Shown here: in pieces, positions 8,413 through 17,131 of the stretch
Position numbering within the stretch: the stretch's first letter is position 1
Layout of the letters: every line of letters begins with the position of its first letter
DNA from: an uncultured Clostridia bacterium
Lineage (GTDB): Bacteria > Bacillota > Clostridia > Oscillospirales > Oscillospiraceae
Length of the DNA stretch: 64,000 bases
Assembly (NCBI GenBank): GCA_945873295.1
Contig: CAMCCS010000001.1
Span: forward strand, 19,469-83,468
Direction: 5' to 3'
Translations under genes and position numbers: made by a program
The notes under the pieces: model-generated
Told to the model about the DNA's origin: nothing
Seen by the model: only the letters and a program-made list of their open reading frames with translations
The model's database searches: none

Positions 8413-10101
8413 ATGCACAAACTCAAAAAAACCTTTGCCCTTCTTCTGGCACTGGCCCTGGTTCTTTCCCTGGGTATCACCGCTTATGCGGCTGAACAAA
8501 AAGGAAGCATCACCATCAAGGAGGCGGGCGGTGTCAGCGTCGAAGGCAAGACCTTCCAGGCCTACAAGGTTCTGGACCTGAACATGGTCGGTAATGGGTA
8601 TGTCTACACCGTTCCGGCAGAACTAAAAAGCTTCTACGCAGGCTATTTCGAGCTGAGCGAAGCGCTGGGAAACTTTGACTACCAGGTGACCCAGGAAATC
8701 GCTGCCCTCTCAGGTGATGATCTGTTTGCATTTGCTTCCGCTGTTCTCTCCGCTGCCAAAGATGCAGGTATTTCTCCCGCTTCTGTGACCGGTGAGGAGG
8801 GTAACACCTCCGTTATATTATCCGATCTGCCCCTGGGCTACTATGTGGTGGAGGACACCGCTGAGACCACCCCCGTCTCCGCCCTGGTGCTGACCTCCAC
8901 CAATCCCAATGTGGAGGTCAATATCAAGGCCGAACTGCCCGTTGTGGATAAAAAGATCATCGAGGACGAGGACAGAGTGGAGACCAACAACGCTGCCGTC
9001 GGCGATGTGGTTTATTACGAAGTCACCTCCCAAGTTCCCGATATGACCGGCTACACCAAGTATTTCTTTGTTTTGAAGGACACCATGTCCCTGGGACTGA
9101 CCTTCAACCAGGATGTGGCTATCACGATTGGGAATCAGACACTTACAGCGGGCACTGACTTCACCGTTACTGCCGAGGAGACAGCCAGCGGCACCGAAAT
9201 TGAGATCGTCTTCAAGAATTTCATAAGCTATAAGGATCAGAAAGGCGCTGCCATCACCGTTACTTATTCCGCGACCATCAACGAAAATGCTGTCATCGGC
9301 GTGGAGGGAAATCCGAACTATGTAAAGCTCCAGTACTCCAATAATCCCAATAAAGCGTTCATTTGCGACGAGGAGAATCCGGATAAGCCCGCTGAGCCAG
9401 TGGGAGAAACCCCGAATGCGGAGGTCCGCACCTACGTTACCGGCCTCAAGCTCATCAAGGTGGACCCGGAGGGGAAGCGGCTCACCGGTGCGGAATTCAC
9501 CATCACCGGAAATAAGCTTAACAAGGTTCTCGTTCGGAAAGATGTGTACACCCAGGACGAAAACGGCACCTACTGGCACCTTTTGGATGGGACCTATACC
9601 ACCCAGGATCCCTTGACCGACGGTGTGGACCAGAGCAAATACGAAAGTACCACTGTAAAATACGCCAAAGAATCCGTTACCGAGGTGAAGGAAACCCAGG
9701 AAAATGTGGAAGCCACGGCAGTGGTCGGGGACGACGGCGTTCTCCGGTTTGATGGGCTCTCCGCCGGTGATTATGAGATTACCGAGCTCCGGTCTCCCGC
9801 AGGCTACAACCTGCTGGAAAAGCCTTTCAAGATCACCATTGGCTGGACTGCCCCCGAGAAGGTTTCGAACCCCTGCACATGGACGGTTTCCGACACAGAG
9901 GCCAAAGATGGATTCTCTTCCTCCCTGGAAAGCGGCGCACAAATTATTGACGGCTGTATCCAGATCCAGGTTGAAAACAAATCCGGGACCCAGCTGCCGG
10001 AGACCGGCGGCATGGGCACTACCCTGTTCTACATTGTCGGCGGGCTGTTAATGACCACCGCTATCGTCCTGCTGATCACCAAAAAGAAACTGGCAATGTA
10101 A
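8413..10101 (+). CDS. Sortase-dependent backbone (major) pilin, SpaH/EbpC-like with isopeptide D2 domain
   Basis: Signal peptide (AYA); LPLGYYVVE; pilin-type Lys (VNIK); D2 start VGDVVYYEVTSQVP; E-box YEITELRSPAGY; LPETG + TM + KKK. Confidence 0.9.
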   Translation: MHKLKKTFALLLALALVLSLGITAYAAEQKGSITIKEAGGVSVEGKTFQAYKVLDLNMVGNGYVYTVPAELKSFYAGYFELSEALGNFDYQVTQEIAALSGDDLFAFASAVLSAAKDAGISPASVTGEEGNTSVILSDLPLGYYVVEDTAETTPVSALVLTSTNPNVEVNIKAELPVVDKKIIEDEDRVETNNAAVGDVVYYEVTSQVPDMTGYTKYFFVLKDTMSLGLTFNQDVAITIGNQTLTAGTDFTVTAEETASGTEIEIVFKNFISYKDQKGAAITVTYSATINENAVIGVEGNPNYVKLQYSNNPNKAFICDEENPDKPAEPVGETPNAEVRTYVTGLKLIKVDPEGKRLTGAEFTITGNKLNKVLVRKDVYTQDENGTYWHLLDGTYTTQDPLTDGVDQSKYESTTVKYAKESVTEVKETQENVEATAVVGDDGVLRFDGLSAGDYEITELRSPAGYNLLEKPFKITIGWTAPEKVSNPCTWTVSDTEAKDGFSSSLESGAQIIDGCIQIQVENKSGTQLPETGGMGTTLFYIVGGLLMTTAIVLLITKKKLAM

Positions 10102-10116
10102 CCTCCCCCACCCCGC

Positions 10117-10217
10117 CCCCGGAAAGAAATTTCCGGGGGAAGGGATGGCACGGCGCTTTTCCGGGAGGAACCGTGACCGTGTGGAAAGCAGAATACCTTC
10201 TATCCCGTTTTCCACAC
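10117..10217 (+). terminator. Two stem-loops after the major pilin (terminator or mRNA stabiliser)
   Basis: CCCCGGAAA-GAAA-TTTCCGGGG and GTGTGGAAA...TTTCCACAC. Confidence 0.55.
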
Positions 10218-10252
10218 CGCCATGGCCCCTTCGTTTTTAAAAGGATCCCAAT

Positions 10253-10966
10253 ATGAAAAAACATACCTCCACCCTTGCGCTCGCCGCGGTTTTCTTCCTT
10301 GGCATGGGAATCTTACTCTACCCTGCCCTTTCCGACGCCTGGAACCGGCGCACCCAGTCCAGGGCAATCGTAGACTACAACAGTGCCCTGTTCGAGCTGA
10401 CGGAAGAAGATGATTCCGCCTATTTCCAGGCTGCGGAAGCTTACAACGCTGCCATCTGCCGCCTGGAGAAACCCTTTCTGAACTGTGAACAGGTTCCCGG
10501 TTATGATGCGCTTCTGAACATCGGCGGCAGGGGGATCATGGGCTATGTGACCGTGGAAAAAATCGGCGTGGAGCTTCCCATCTACCACGGCACCTCCCAG
10601 GCCGTGCTCAGCGTTGCCGCAGGGCATGTCCAGGGAAGCTCCCTGCCCACAGGCGGCAACGGCACCCACTGCGTCATCTGTGCCCACAGCGGACTCTCCG
10701 GCGCCAGCCTGTTTACCGGCCTGGACCAACTGGAGCTTGGCGATACCTTTACACTGACGGTTCTGAGCCGGGTCTTAACCTATCAGGTGGATCAGATCCG
10801 GATTGTGGAGCCCCGGGACACCGGGGAGCTTACCGTGACCCCGGGAGAAGACCACTGCACGCTGATGACCTGCACCCCCTACGGTGTCAATTCCCACCGC
10901 CTGCTGGTTCGGGGGACCCGGGAATCGGAACCCCCGGAAAGCAAAGCAGAAAGTGAGCCCCAATGA
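10253..10966 (+). CDS. srtC: Class C sortase 1
   Basis: LPIYHGT, AGHVQGSSLP, AHSG, TLMTCTPYGVNSHRLLVRG (His/Cys/Arg triad); no C-terminal TM. Confidence 0.9.
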   Translation: MKKHTSTLALAAVFFLGMGILLYPALSDAWNRRTQSRAIVDYNSALFELTEEDDSAYFQAAEAYNAAICRLEKPFLNCEQVPGYDALLNIGGRGIMGYVTVEKIGVELPIYHGTSQAVLSVAAGHVQGSSLPTGGNGTHCVICAHSGLSGASLFTGLDQLELGDTFTLTVLSRVLTYQVDQIRIVEPRDTGELTVTPGEDHCTLMTCTPYGVNSHRLLVRGTRESEPPESKAESEPQ

Positions 10967-11832
10967 AACGACGTTTCGTTAACCTGCTTCTGATTCTGAC
11001 GATGCTCGCAGGACTGTGCGTCTTCCTCTATCCCACCGCCGCCGATGCCTGGAACCGGCGCACCCAGTCCAGGGCCATCACCGGCTTCCGGGAAGCCCTG
11101 GAAGCCCTCCCCCAGGAGGATCTGGAACCAATGTGGGAAGACGCGCTGGACTATAACCGCCAGCTCCGGCAGAATACATTTTCCGGTGATGCCTTTACGG
11201 ACGGGGATACCGACGGTGCCGACAGTCTGTACCGATCCCTTCTGAATCCCCAGGGCAGTGGAATCATGGGATACCTGTCCATTCCCAAAATCGACCAGAA
11301 GCTCCCCCTCTACCACGGCGTTTCCCAGGGGGTTCTGCAGGTCGCTGCCGGGCACATGAGCGGTACCAGTCTTCCCGTGGGAGGAAGCGGCACCCACTGC
11401 GTCATTGCCGCCCACCGGGGACTGCCCAGCGCCAGGCTCTTTACCGATCTGGATCGTCTGGAACCGGGGGATACCTTTTACCTGCACATTCTGGACCGGG
11501 TGCTTGCCTACCGGGTGGATCGGATTCTTCCCATGGTGGAGAAAAACGACTATGCCGCGCTGAATGAAGCGCTGCAAATCATCCCGGGCGAGGACCACGT
11601 GACCTTATTCACCTGCACCCCCTACGGTATCAATTCCCACCGTCTGCTGGTACGGGGCATTCGGACGGAATACCTGGGTGAGGAAGATCCTGTTGGCGAA
11701 GTACAGGCGGAATCCATGGTGCGGTTTGTCCCGGCGGAGGGGGCATACCGCCTTCTGCTTCTTTCCGCGCTGAGCCTGGCCGGAGTGCTGATTGCCGGGT
11801 TGCTGCGGAAAAAGCGCCGGAAGCATCCCTGA
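10963..11832 (+). CDS. srtC: Class C sortase 2
   Basis: Lid DAF, AHRGLPSA, TLFTCTPYGINSHRLLVRG, C-terminal TM + basic tail. Confidence 0.92.
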   Translation: MKRRFVNLLLILTMLAGLCVFLYPTAADAWNRRTQSRAITGFREALEALPQEDLEPMWEDALDYNRQLRQNTFSGDAFTDGDTDGADSLYRSLLNPQGSGIMGYLSIPKIDQKLPLYHGVSQGVLQVAAGHMSGTSLPVGGSGTHCVIAAHRGLPSARLFTDLDRLEPGDTFYLHILDRVLAYRVDRILPMVEKNDYAALNEALQIIPGEDHVTLFTCTPYGINSHRLLVRGIRTEYLGEEDPVGEVQAESMVRFVPAEGAYRLLLLSALSLAGVLIAGLLRKKRRKHP

Positions 11833-11871
11833 TGCGCAAAATCCCTGCCAAAACGAAAAAGGAGATGGCCT

Positions 11872-12912
11872 ATGAAAGCAATACGCACCTGTTTGCTGCT
11901 TGGGGCAGTGATCCTGCTGGTGATAGGCGTGGGGCCTGGTCAAACCTACGCCGCAGGGGCAATCGATTTGTCCCGGCCATGCAGCCTGACGCTGTACACC
12001 CGGTCCTCCCCCGAAAGCGGGGAAGATGGGGAATACGCCGATCTGTATTCCATCCCCCAGATCAGCGGGACGCTGTACCGGGTGGCGGATGTATCTTTCA
12101 CCGGAGCGTACCGCTCCCGCGCCCCCTTTGAAGCTCTGAATATCCCAGCCCTCACCGCCCCGGACAGGGAAGCCTGGGCTGCCCTGTGGGAAGATACCGC
12201 GGATAAAGCCGCTGCCATTGTGGAGGAAAATCCCGGTTTCATTCCCGATGCCGCCGTGACCCTGACGCCTCTGGAAGATGGCTCCGGCATCCTGGGCACT
12301 GCCCGGGAACTGCGTCCCGGCATGTACCTTGTGATTCTGGAGGACGCCCAGAGCCCGGTATTTACCTACCGTTTCCGTCCCTTTCTCGCCGCGGTACCCG
12401 GGAATCTCTACTGGGAAACCCAGGACGAAAGCAGGGACGCATGGATCTATGATGTATCCGCGGCACTGAAGCCGGAGTGGGAACGAAGAACCGGCAAGCT
12501 CATCATCCGAAAAACCGTGGAGCGGTACGCCGATATGGACGGCAGCGCGGATTTTGTGTTCCTGGTGGAAAGCCGGGACGAAGATGGGAAGATCCTATAC
12601 AGTAATGTAGTCACCATTCGCCATCAGGATGCCGGAACCCAGGAGGCGGTGCTTACGGATGTCCCCGCCGGACTTACCGTCACGGTGACGGAGGTTTACA
12701 GCGGCGCGTCCTATACCCTGGTCTCGGAGCCCTCCCAGTCCGTCACCGTCACCACCCAGGATACAGGTGAGTACCCGGCCACGGTGGAGTTCGTGAACAC
12801 CTGGAACGGCAAGCTCACCCAAGATACCGCCGCCGTAAACCGCTTCACCTATACCCAGGACGAACAGGCATGGGTTTGGCAGACCCGGGCTGACAACAAC
12901 TCGCCATCCTAA
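11872..12912 (+). CDS. Secreted minor pilin-like protein (SpaA-like + Cna-B/DUF5979-like domain), no LPxTG
   Basis: Signal peptide; PGMYLV, PFL..VP and pilin-motif-like YDVSAALKP; GKLIIRKTV...VTVTEVYSGASY...VEFVN; ends without a sorting signal. Confidence 0.65.
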   Translation: MKAIRTCLLLGAVILLVIGVGPGQTYAAGAIDLSRPCSLTLYTRSSPESGEDGEYADLYSIPQISGTLYRVADVSFTGAYRSRAPFEALNIPALTAPDREAWAALWEDTADKAAAIVEENPGFIPDAAVTLTPLEDGSGILGTARELRPGMYLVILEDAQSPVFTYRFRPFLAAVPGNLYWETQDESRDAWIYDVSAALKPEWERRTGKLIIRKTVERYADMDGSADFVFLVESRDEDGKILYSNVVTIRHQDAGTQEAVLTDVPAGLTVTVTEVYSGASYTLVSEPSQSVTVTTQDTGEYPATVEFVNTWNGKLTQDTAAVNRFTYTQDEQAWVWQTRADNNSPS

Positions 12913-12926
12913 GGGAGGACCGTGGA

Positions 12927-13433
12927 ATGCGTGTTTTCAGAAAAGAAGCCCTGCTTCTGGCCGCACTTGCGCTGCTGCTGACAGCAGGGCTGGGGATCCA
13001 AAGCGCGATGAGCTATTTTACCACCTACGTCACGGCCCGGGGGGAATATCCCATTTTTTTGAACCGTCAGACGGTAATCCACGAGGAAGTCTCCGACTGG
13101 ACCAAGCATGTGGTGATCGAAAATACCGGAGAGGCGGACTGTTTTATAAGAGTACGGGCTTTCTGCGGCAGCCAATACGCCCTAGTTTTCACCGCCGGAG
13201 AGGGTTGGAATCCGGGTGACGACGGCTGGTGGTACTATCCGGCTGTTCTTTCCCCCGGAGAACAGACCACCCAGCTGCAAATCGCCATTACCGGGGTTCC
13301 GGCCGGGGATACTGACCCCCAGGACTTTCAGGTTGTCGTGGTTCAGGAGCATACCGCGGTTCTGTACACCCCCGACGGCAGCCCTTACCCGGACTGGAAT
13401 CTGACGGCGAATCTCCCGCCGAAAAGTGAATAA
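12927..13433 (+). CDS. SipW-type signal peptide protein (TasA/camelysin-like fibre subunit)
   Basis: Hydrophobic N-terminus followed by AMSYFTT (SipW-cognate pattern); IENTG..CFIRVR; DGWWYYPAVLSPGEQT. Confidence 0.7.
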   Translation: MRVFRKEALLLAALALLLTAGLGIQSAMSYFTTYVTARGEYPIFLNRQTVIHEEVSDWTKHVVIENTGEADCFIRVRAFCGSQYALVFTAGEGWNPGDDGWWYYPAVLSPGEQTTQLQIAITGVPAGDTDPQDFQVVVVQEHTAVLYTPDGSPYPDWNLTANLPPKSE

Positions 13434-13445
13434 GGGGGTACCGTC

Positions 13446-14225
13446 ATGAAAAAAGCGAAAAAAAGCCCATGGAAAAAGCCAAAACGGCCCTTTCCCCTGA
13501 CACTGGTTTTATTCTTATGCGCGTCAAGCCTGCTGCTTCTCGGTACCGTCAGCGGCATCCGGGCTACCCTTACCTATTTCAGTGCATACTATACGGCCCA
13601 AATAGAGGCAGCGGACATCGGTGTGACCCTGGTGGAAAACGGGACGGATCTGTCCTACCGCAATTACAGCGGGCGGGATAACCGGTGGAACACCCACACG
13701 GGCACATTGGCAGCAACCCTCCCGGACCAATCCGGTGGGAAAATACAGCTTGGACGGCTCTACCGGGAGGAACTGTCCCTGCGGAACAGCGGGAAGATCG
13801 ACCAGTATGTCCGGGTCCGGATCTTCCGAAGCTGGGTAGACGAAGCGGGTGAGAAAATCACCACCCTCTCCCCGGCGCTGATTGACATTCACTTCCTGAC
13901 GGACACCTGGCTTCTGGACGAAAGCGCCTCCACCCCCGAGCGGACGGTACTGTACTATCCCTACATTCTTGCCCCGGGCCAGGAGACGCCCCTGTTTGCC
14001 GATACCCTGCGCCTGGACAGTGCCATTGCTTCCAGCGTCCGGGAGGAGACCCAGGTCCGGGAGGACGGCACCATCGTCATCCGGGCAATTTACGCCTATG
14101 ACGGGATGCGCTTCTGCCTGGAAGTGGAAGCAGATGCCCTGCAGACCCACAACGCGGAGGACGCGATTCGAAGCGCCTGGGGCGTGGATGCTTCCGTATC
14201 CGGCGGCATCCTGCGCCTGGGCTGA
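13446..14225 (+). CDS. SipW-type signal peptide protein (TasA-like)
   Basis: Basic N-terminus, TM, then ATLTYFSA; LRNSG.IDQYVRVRI; YYPYILAPGQET; EVEADALQTHN..DAI.SAWG. Confidence 0.7.
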   Translation: MKKAKKSPWKKPKRPFPLTLVLFLCASSLLLLGTVSGIRATLTYFSAYYTAQIEAADIGVTLVENGTDLSYRNYSGRDNRWNTHTGTLAATLPDQSGGKIQLGRLYREELSLRNSGKIDQYVRVRIFRSWVDEAGEKITTLSPALIDIHFLTDTWLLDESASTPERTVLYYPYILAPGQETPLFADTLRLDSAIASSVREETQVREDGTIVIRAIYAYDGMRFCLEVEADALQTHNAEDAIRSAWGVDASVSGGILRLG

Positions 14226-14238
14226 GGAGGAAACCTTC

Positions 14239-14946
14239 ATGAAAAAAACATTTGCCCTGCTGCTCACCGGGCTGCTCCTGTGTGGGATGGTCCCCCTCCC
14301 GGCAGGGGCGGAGACCTTTTACGGAAACGACAGTTGGAATGTCACCTTTAACGGAAGCAAAATGGTCAGCTCCTTCCAGTCCTCTGACATAGACGATGTG
14401 ATTCTCCAGATGGAGCCGGGGGATGCCGCCATCATCCATGTCACCCTGAAAAATACCTCCCGAAAGGACACCCACTGGTATATGACCAATGAGATCCTCC
14501 GCTCTCTGGAGGACAGCCAGACAATAGCAGAGGGTGGCGCCTACGGCTATACCCTGACCTATACCGGGCCATCGGGGGAAATGCGGGCATTCTTTGACAG
14601 TGACGCGGTGGGTGGAGAAGGAATCACCGGCACCGGTGAGGGCCTCCACCAGGTTCCCGACGCCCTGAATGACTACTTCTATGTGGGGGAGCTTCGTCCT
14701 AACCAGTCAGGGGTCATCACCCTGGGCGTGCGGCTAGACGGTGAGACCCAGGGCAACGCCTACCAGGACACCCTGGCAAAGCTCCAAATGCAGTTCGCTG
14801 TGGAGGAAAACACCACCATATCCACCATTCCCAAAACGGGCGACCCCAGCCAGATCCTGATTTTCGCCGGGGTCATGCTGGTGTCCGGTCTTTTCCTCCT
14901 GGGCATTGCCATTGCCCGTTTGCGTAAAAAGGGGGAAGCTGCATGA
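14239..14946 (+). CDS. LPxTG-type (IPKTG) anchored protein with TasA/camelysin-like motifs
   Basis: RBS GAGGAGG; Sec signal (AGA); MEPGD...VTLKNTS and GETQGNAYQ motifs; IPKTG + TM + RLRKK. Confidence 0.7.
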   Translation: MKKTFALLLTGLLLCGMVPLPAGAETFYGNDSWNVTFNGSKMVSSFQSSDIDDVILQMEPGDAAIIHVTLKNTSRKDTHWYMTNEILRSLEDSQTIAEGGAYGYTLTYTGPSGEMRAFFDSDAVGGEGITGTGEGLHQVPDALNDYFYVGELRPNQSGVITLGVRLDGETQGNAYQDTLAKLQMQFAVEENTTISTIPKTGDPSQILIFAGVMLVSGLFLLGIAIARLRKKGEAA

Positions 14947-15890
14947 AAAAATGCTGCCGGCGGCTCCTTTCCGGTCTTCTTGCGGCAGTGCTGGTTTGCT
15001 TATCCGGTATCCCCCGGGGGTATGCCCAGATAGTGGAAGGCTACACCTACACCGTCATTTTCTATCCGGGAAACCAGGGCCGCTTCGCTTCCACAGAAGC
15101 TCTGACCGTTCAAAGTGACACAGCCCGCGTCAGCTTTTCCGGCAGCCGGATCCGGATCACGGGACTGCGCTACGGGGACCGGGTGGGGTTTGACGCAGCC
15201 ATGGACGGCGCGGTCATCCTCAAGGACGGAAGCAAATACTATTCCAAGGGCATCCGGGAAAGCGGACGTGACAACAGCACTGTGGGTGCTTCCTCTTTTG
15301 CCGTGACCGGTGACCGGGAATATGTGGTTGCCTACGGTATCCGTGGGAATATGGTTTCCTACCGCATCAACTACCGGGACGGGAAAGGAAAAGACCTGCT
15401 TCCCAGCCGCACCTGCTACGGCAATATTGGTGAGCGTCCGGTGGCGGCCTGGGCGTATGTGGATGGGTATCTCCCCCAGGCCTACAATCTGACCCGGACC
15501 CTCCAGGCGGATCCGACAAAAAATGTATTCACGTTTATCTACACCCCCATTGCCGCAAACCAAACCAGCGGTGGCGGCACTGCTGCGGAAAACCCCACCA
15601 CCAAGCCGGAGGAAAGCCCCAGGCGCTCAGACTTTCCCGATGCCCGGATACGCACACAAACAGGCCGCACTCCCGGAGAAAGTACCGCCGATCCCCTTTA
15701 TCCCCAGCAGATCATTGAGCTGGACGAAACAGCGGAAAATCCCATACAAAGGCGCGGAAATCCCGCTGTCGCCGTGGCAGGAATCCTCTGTTCGGCAGCA
15801 GGGCTTGGAGCTTTGGCCGGAATTTACCTCCTGCTGAGAAAGCAGCGGAAAGTACAGGATAAAAAAGAATATGCACAAAAAGAAGAATAA
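14943..15890 (+). CDS. Membrane-anchored surface protein with MucBP-like domain
   Basis: Signal peptide; YRINYRD..GKDLLPS..YG..G......YVDGYLP...FTFIYTP; Pro/Thr linker; C-terminal TM + basic tail. Confidence 0.65.
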   Translation: MKKCCRRLLSGLLAAVLVCLSGIPRGYAQIVEGYTYTVIFYPGNQGRFASTEALTVQSDTARVSFSGSRIRITGLRYGDRVGFDAAMDGAVILKDGSKYYSKGIRESGRDNSTVGASSFAVTGDREYVVAYGIRGNMVSYRINYRDGKGKDLLPSRTCYGNIGERPVAAWAYVDGYLPQAYNLTRTLQADPTKNVFTFIYTPIAANQTSGGGTAAENPTTKPEESPRRSDFPDARIRTQTGRTPGESTADPLYPQQIIELDETAENPIQRRGNPAVAVAGILCSAAGLGALAGIYLLLRKQRKVQDKKEYAQKEE

Positions 15891-16404
15891 GGGAACCCCT
15901 GCCGCCGGATTCTGCGCCCGGTTGGGTACGTTTCTCCTGCTGCTGGTCATTGCCGCCTGCATTCCCTTCACCCTCCCACGGCTGCTGGGGTACCGGGTCT
16001 ACGCTGTCATCAGCGGCAGCATGGAGCCTGCCATTTCCGTCGGTGATCTCGTTTACGTCCGGCAGACGGAACCGGAGGATGTGGAGAAAAACGATGTGAT
16101 CGCGTTCTGCGCCGCGGAAGCTTCCGGCGCCATCATTCTGCACCGGGTGGTGGAAAACCGGACTGTGGACGGTTCCTTCATCACCAAGGGAGACGCCAAC
16201 GCCCAGCCGGACCTCTCCCCAGTCAGCTATGACCGGCTCCTGGGGGTAACGGAATGGACGATTCCCCATCTTGGGCAGCTTGGGCTGATTCTGACCGGCT
16301 CCTGGGGAAAGCTTGCCGCAGTGTGCCTGGTTCTGGCAGCAGTCATGCTCCACGCCGTCAGTGCCGCGCTGCGTGCCAAACAGGAAAGCTTTCAAAGCAA
16401 GTAA
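15871..16404 (+). CDS. sipW: Signal peptidase I, SipW / ER-type (S26B)
   Basis: VISGSMEP (Ser), ILHRVV (His), FITKGDAN..D; N- and C-terminal TMs. Confidence 0.85.
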   Translation: MHKKKNKGTPAAGFCARLGTFLLLLVIAACIPFTLPRLLGYRVYAVISGSMEPAISVGDLVYVRQTEPEDVEKNDVIAFCAAEASGAIILHRVVENRTVDGSFITKGDANAQPDLSPVSYDRLLGVTEWTIPHLGQLGLILTGSWGKLAAVCLVLAAVMLHAVSAALRAKQESFQSK

Positions 16405-16414
16405 CGTATAAAAA

Positions 16415-16467
16415 CGGCGGGCCGGAAGCCCGGATCGTAAACGATCCGATGCCTTTCCGGCCCGCCG
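16415..16467. terminator. Nested hairpin between convergent sipW and nitroreductase
   Basis: CGGCGGGCCGGAA...TTCCGGCCCGCCG enclosing CGGATCGT-AA-ACGATCCG. Confidence 0.7.
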
Positions 16468-16482
16468 AACCCATGTAGTTTA

Positions 16483-16995
16483 TTACAGCTCCTTCACCGT
16501 CTCAGAAAGAGGCTTACGTTTGCCATGATTGGCAAGAGGCCCCGCCCCCTCAGCTGCATAGCCCAGATCCAGAAGCATAAGCACCCGCTCGTTTTCCGGA
16601 AGGCCAAAGACCTTTGCCGCGTTGTCCGGGTCAAAGCAGTTCAGCCAGCAGCTGTTTACACCCAGGGCCTGGGCCGCAAGCAGCATGTGGGTGGCCACAA
16701 TGGCAGCGCCCTCCGCGCCGGAATTGTAGACGCCGCCGGGGTAGGTATAGACCGTATCCTTGTCAAAGGCCACCATAACCACCACCGGCGCGCCGTAGCG
16801 GCAGGGGGTGACGGTGTCGACCTTTGCAAGACCTTCCGCCGAGCGGATGACATAGATTTTCTGCTCCTGGAGATTCTTTGCTGTGGGTGCAAGCCGCCCC
16901 GCTTCCAGAATCTGGGTGAGGATCTCCTCCGGCACCGGCCGGGGGTCATAGCGCTTGCAGGAATACCGCTGGGCAACCAAAGACATATAATCCAT
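16483..16995 (-). CDS. Nitroreductase family protein
   Basis: RYSCKRY, LEAGRLAPTAKNLQ, LLAAQALGVNSCW, RKPL. Confidence 0.88.
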   Translation of the reverse strand: MDYMSLVAQRYSCKRYDPRPVPEEILTQILEAGRLAPTAKNLQEQKIYVIRSAEGLAKVDTVTPCRYGAPVVVMVAFDKDTVYTYPGGVYNSGAEGAAIVATHMLLAAQALGVNSCWLNCFDPDNAAKVFGLPENERVLMLLDLGYAAEGAGPLANHGKRKPLSETVKEL

Positions 16996-17131
16996 TTAGG
17001 ATACCTCCTTGTTTTTGTTTTATCATATCACCTTTTCCCGGAAAAAGCAATGCTTCTTCCACCCAGGCCTTCGGCAGGCAAAACAAGTGCCCTCTTTCCG
17101 TCCTATTTTCCATGAGAAAACTTTTTGGAAT

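Noticed and set aside
13969-14238. Possible frameshift fusion between 13446-14225 and the IPKTG protein
   Set aside because: The downstream gene has its own GAGGAGG RBS, ATG (14239) and signal peptide; no slippery site seen.
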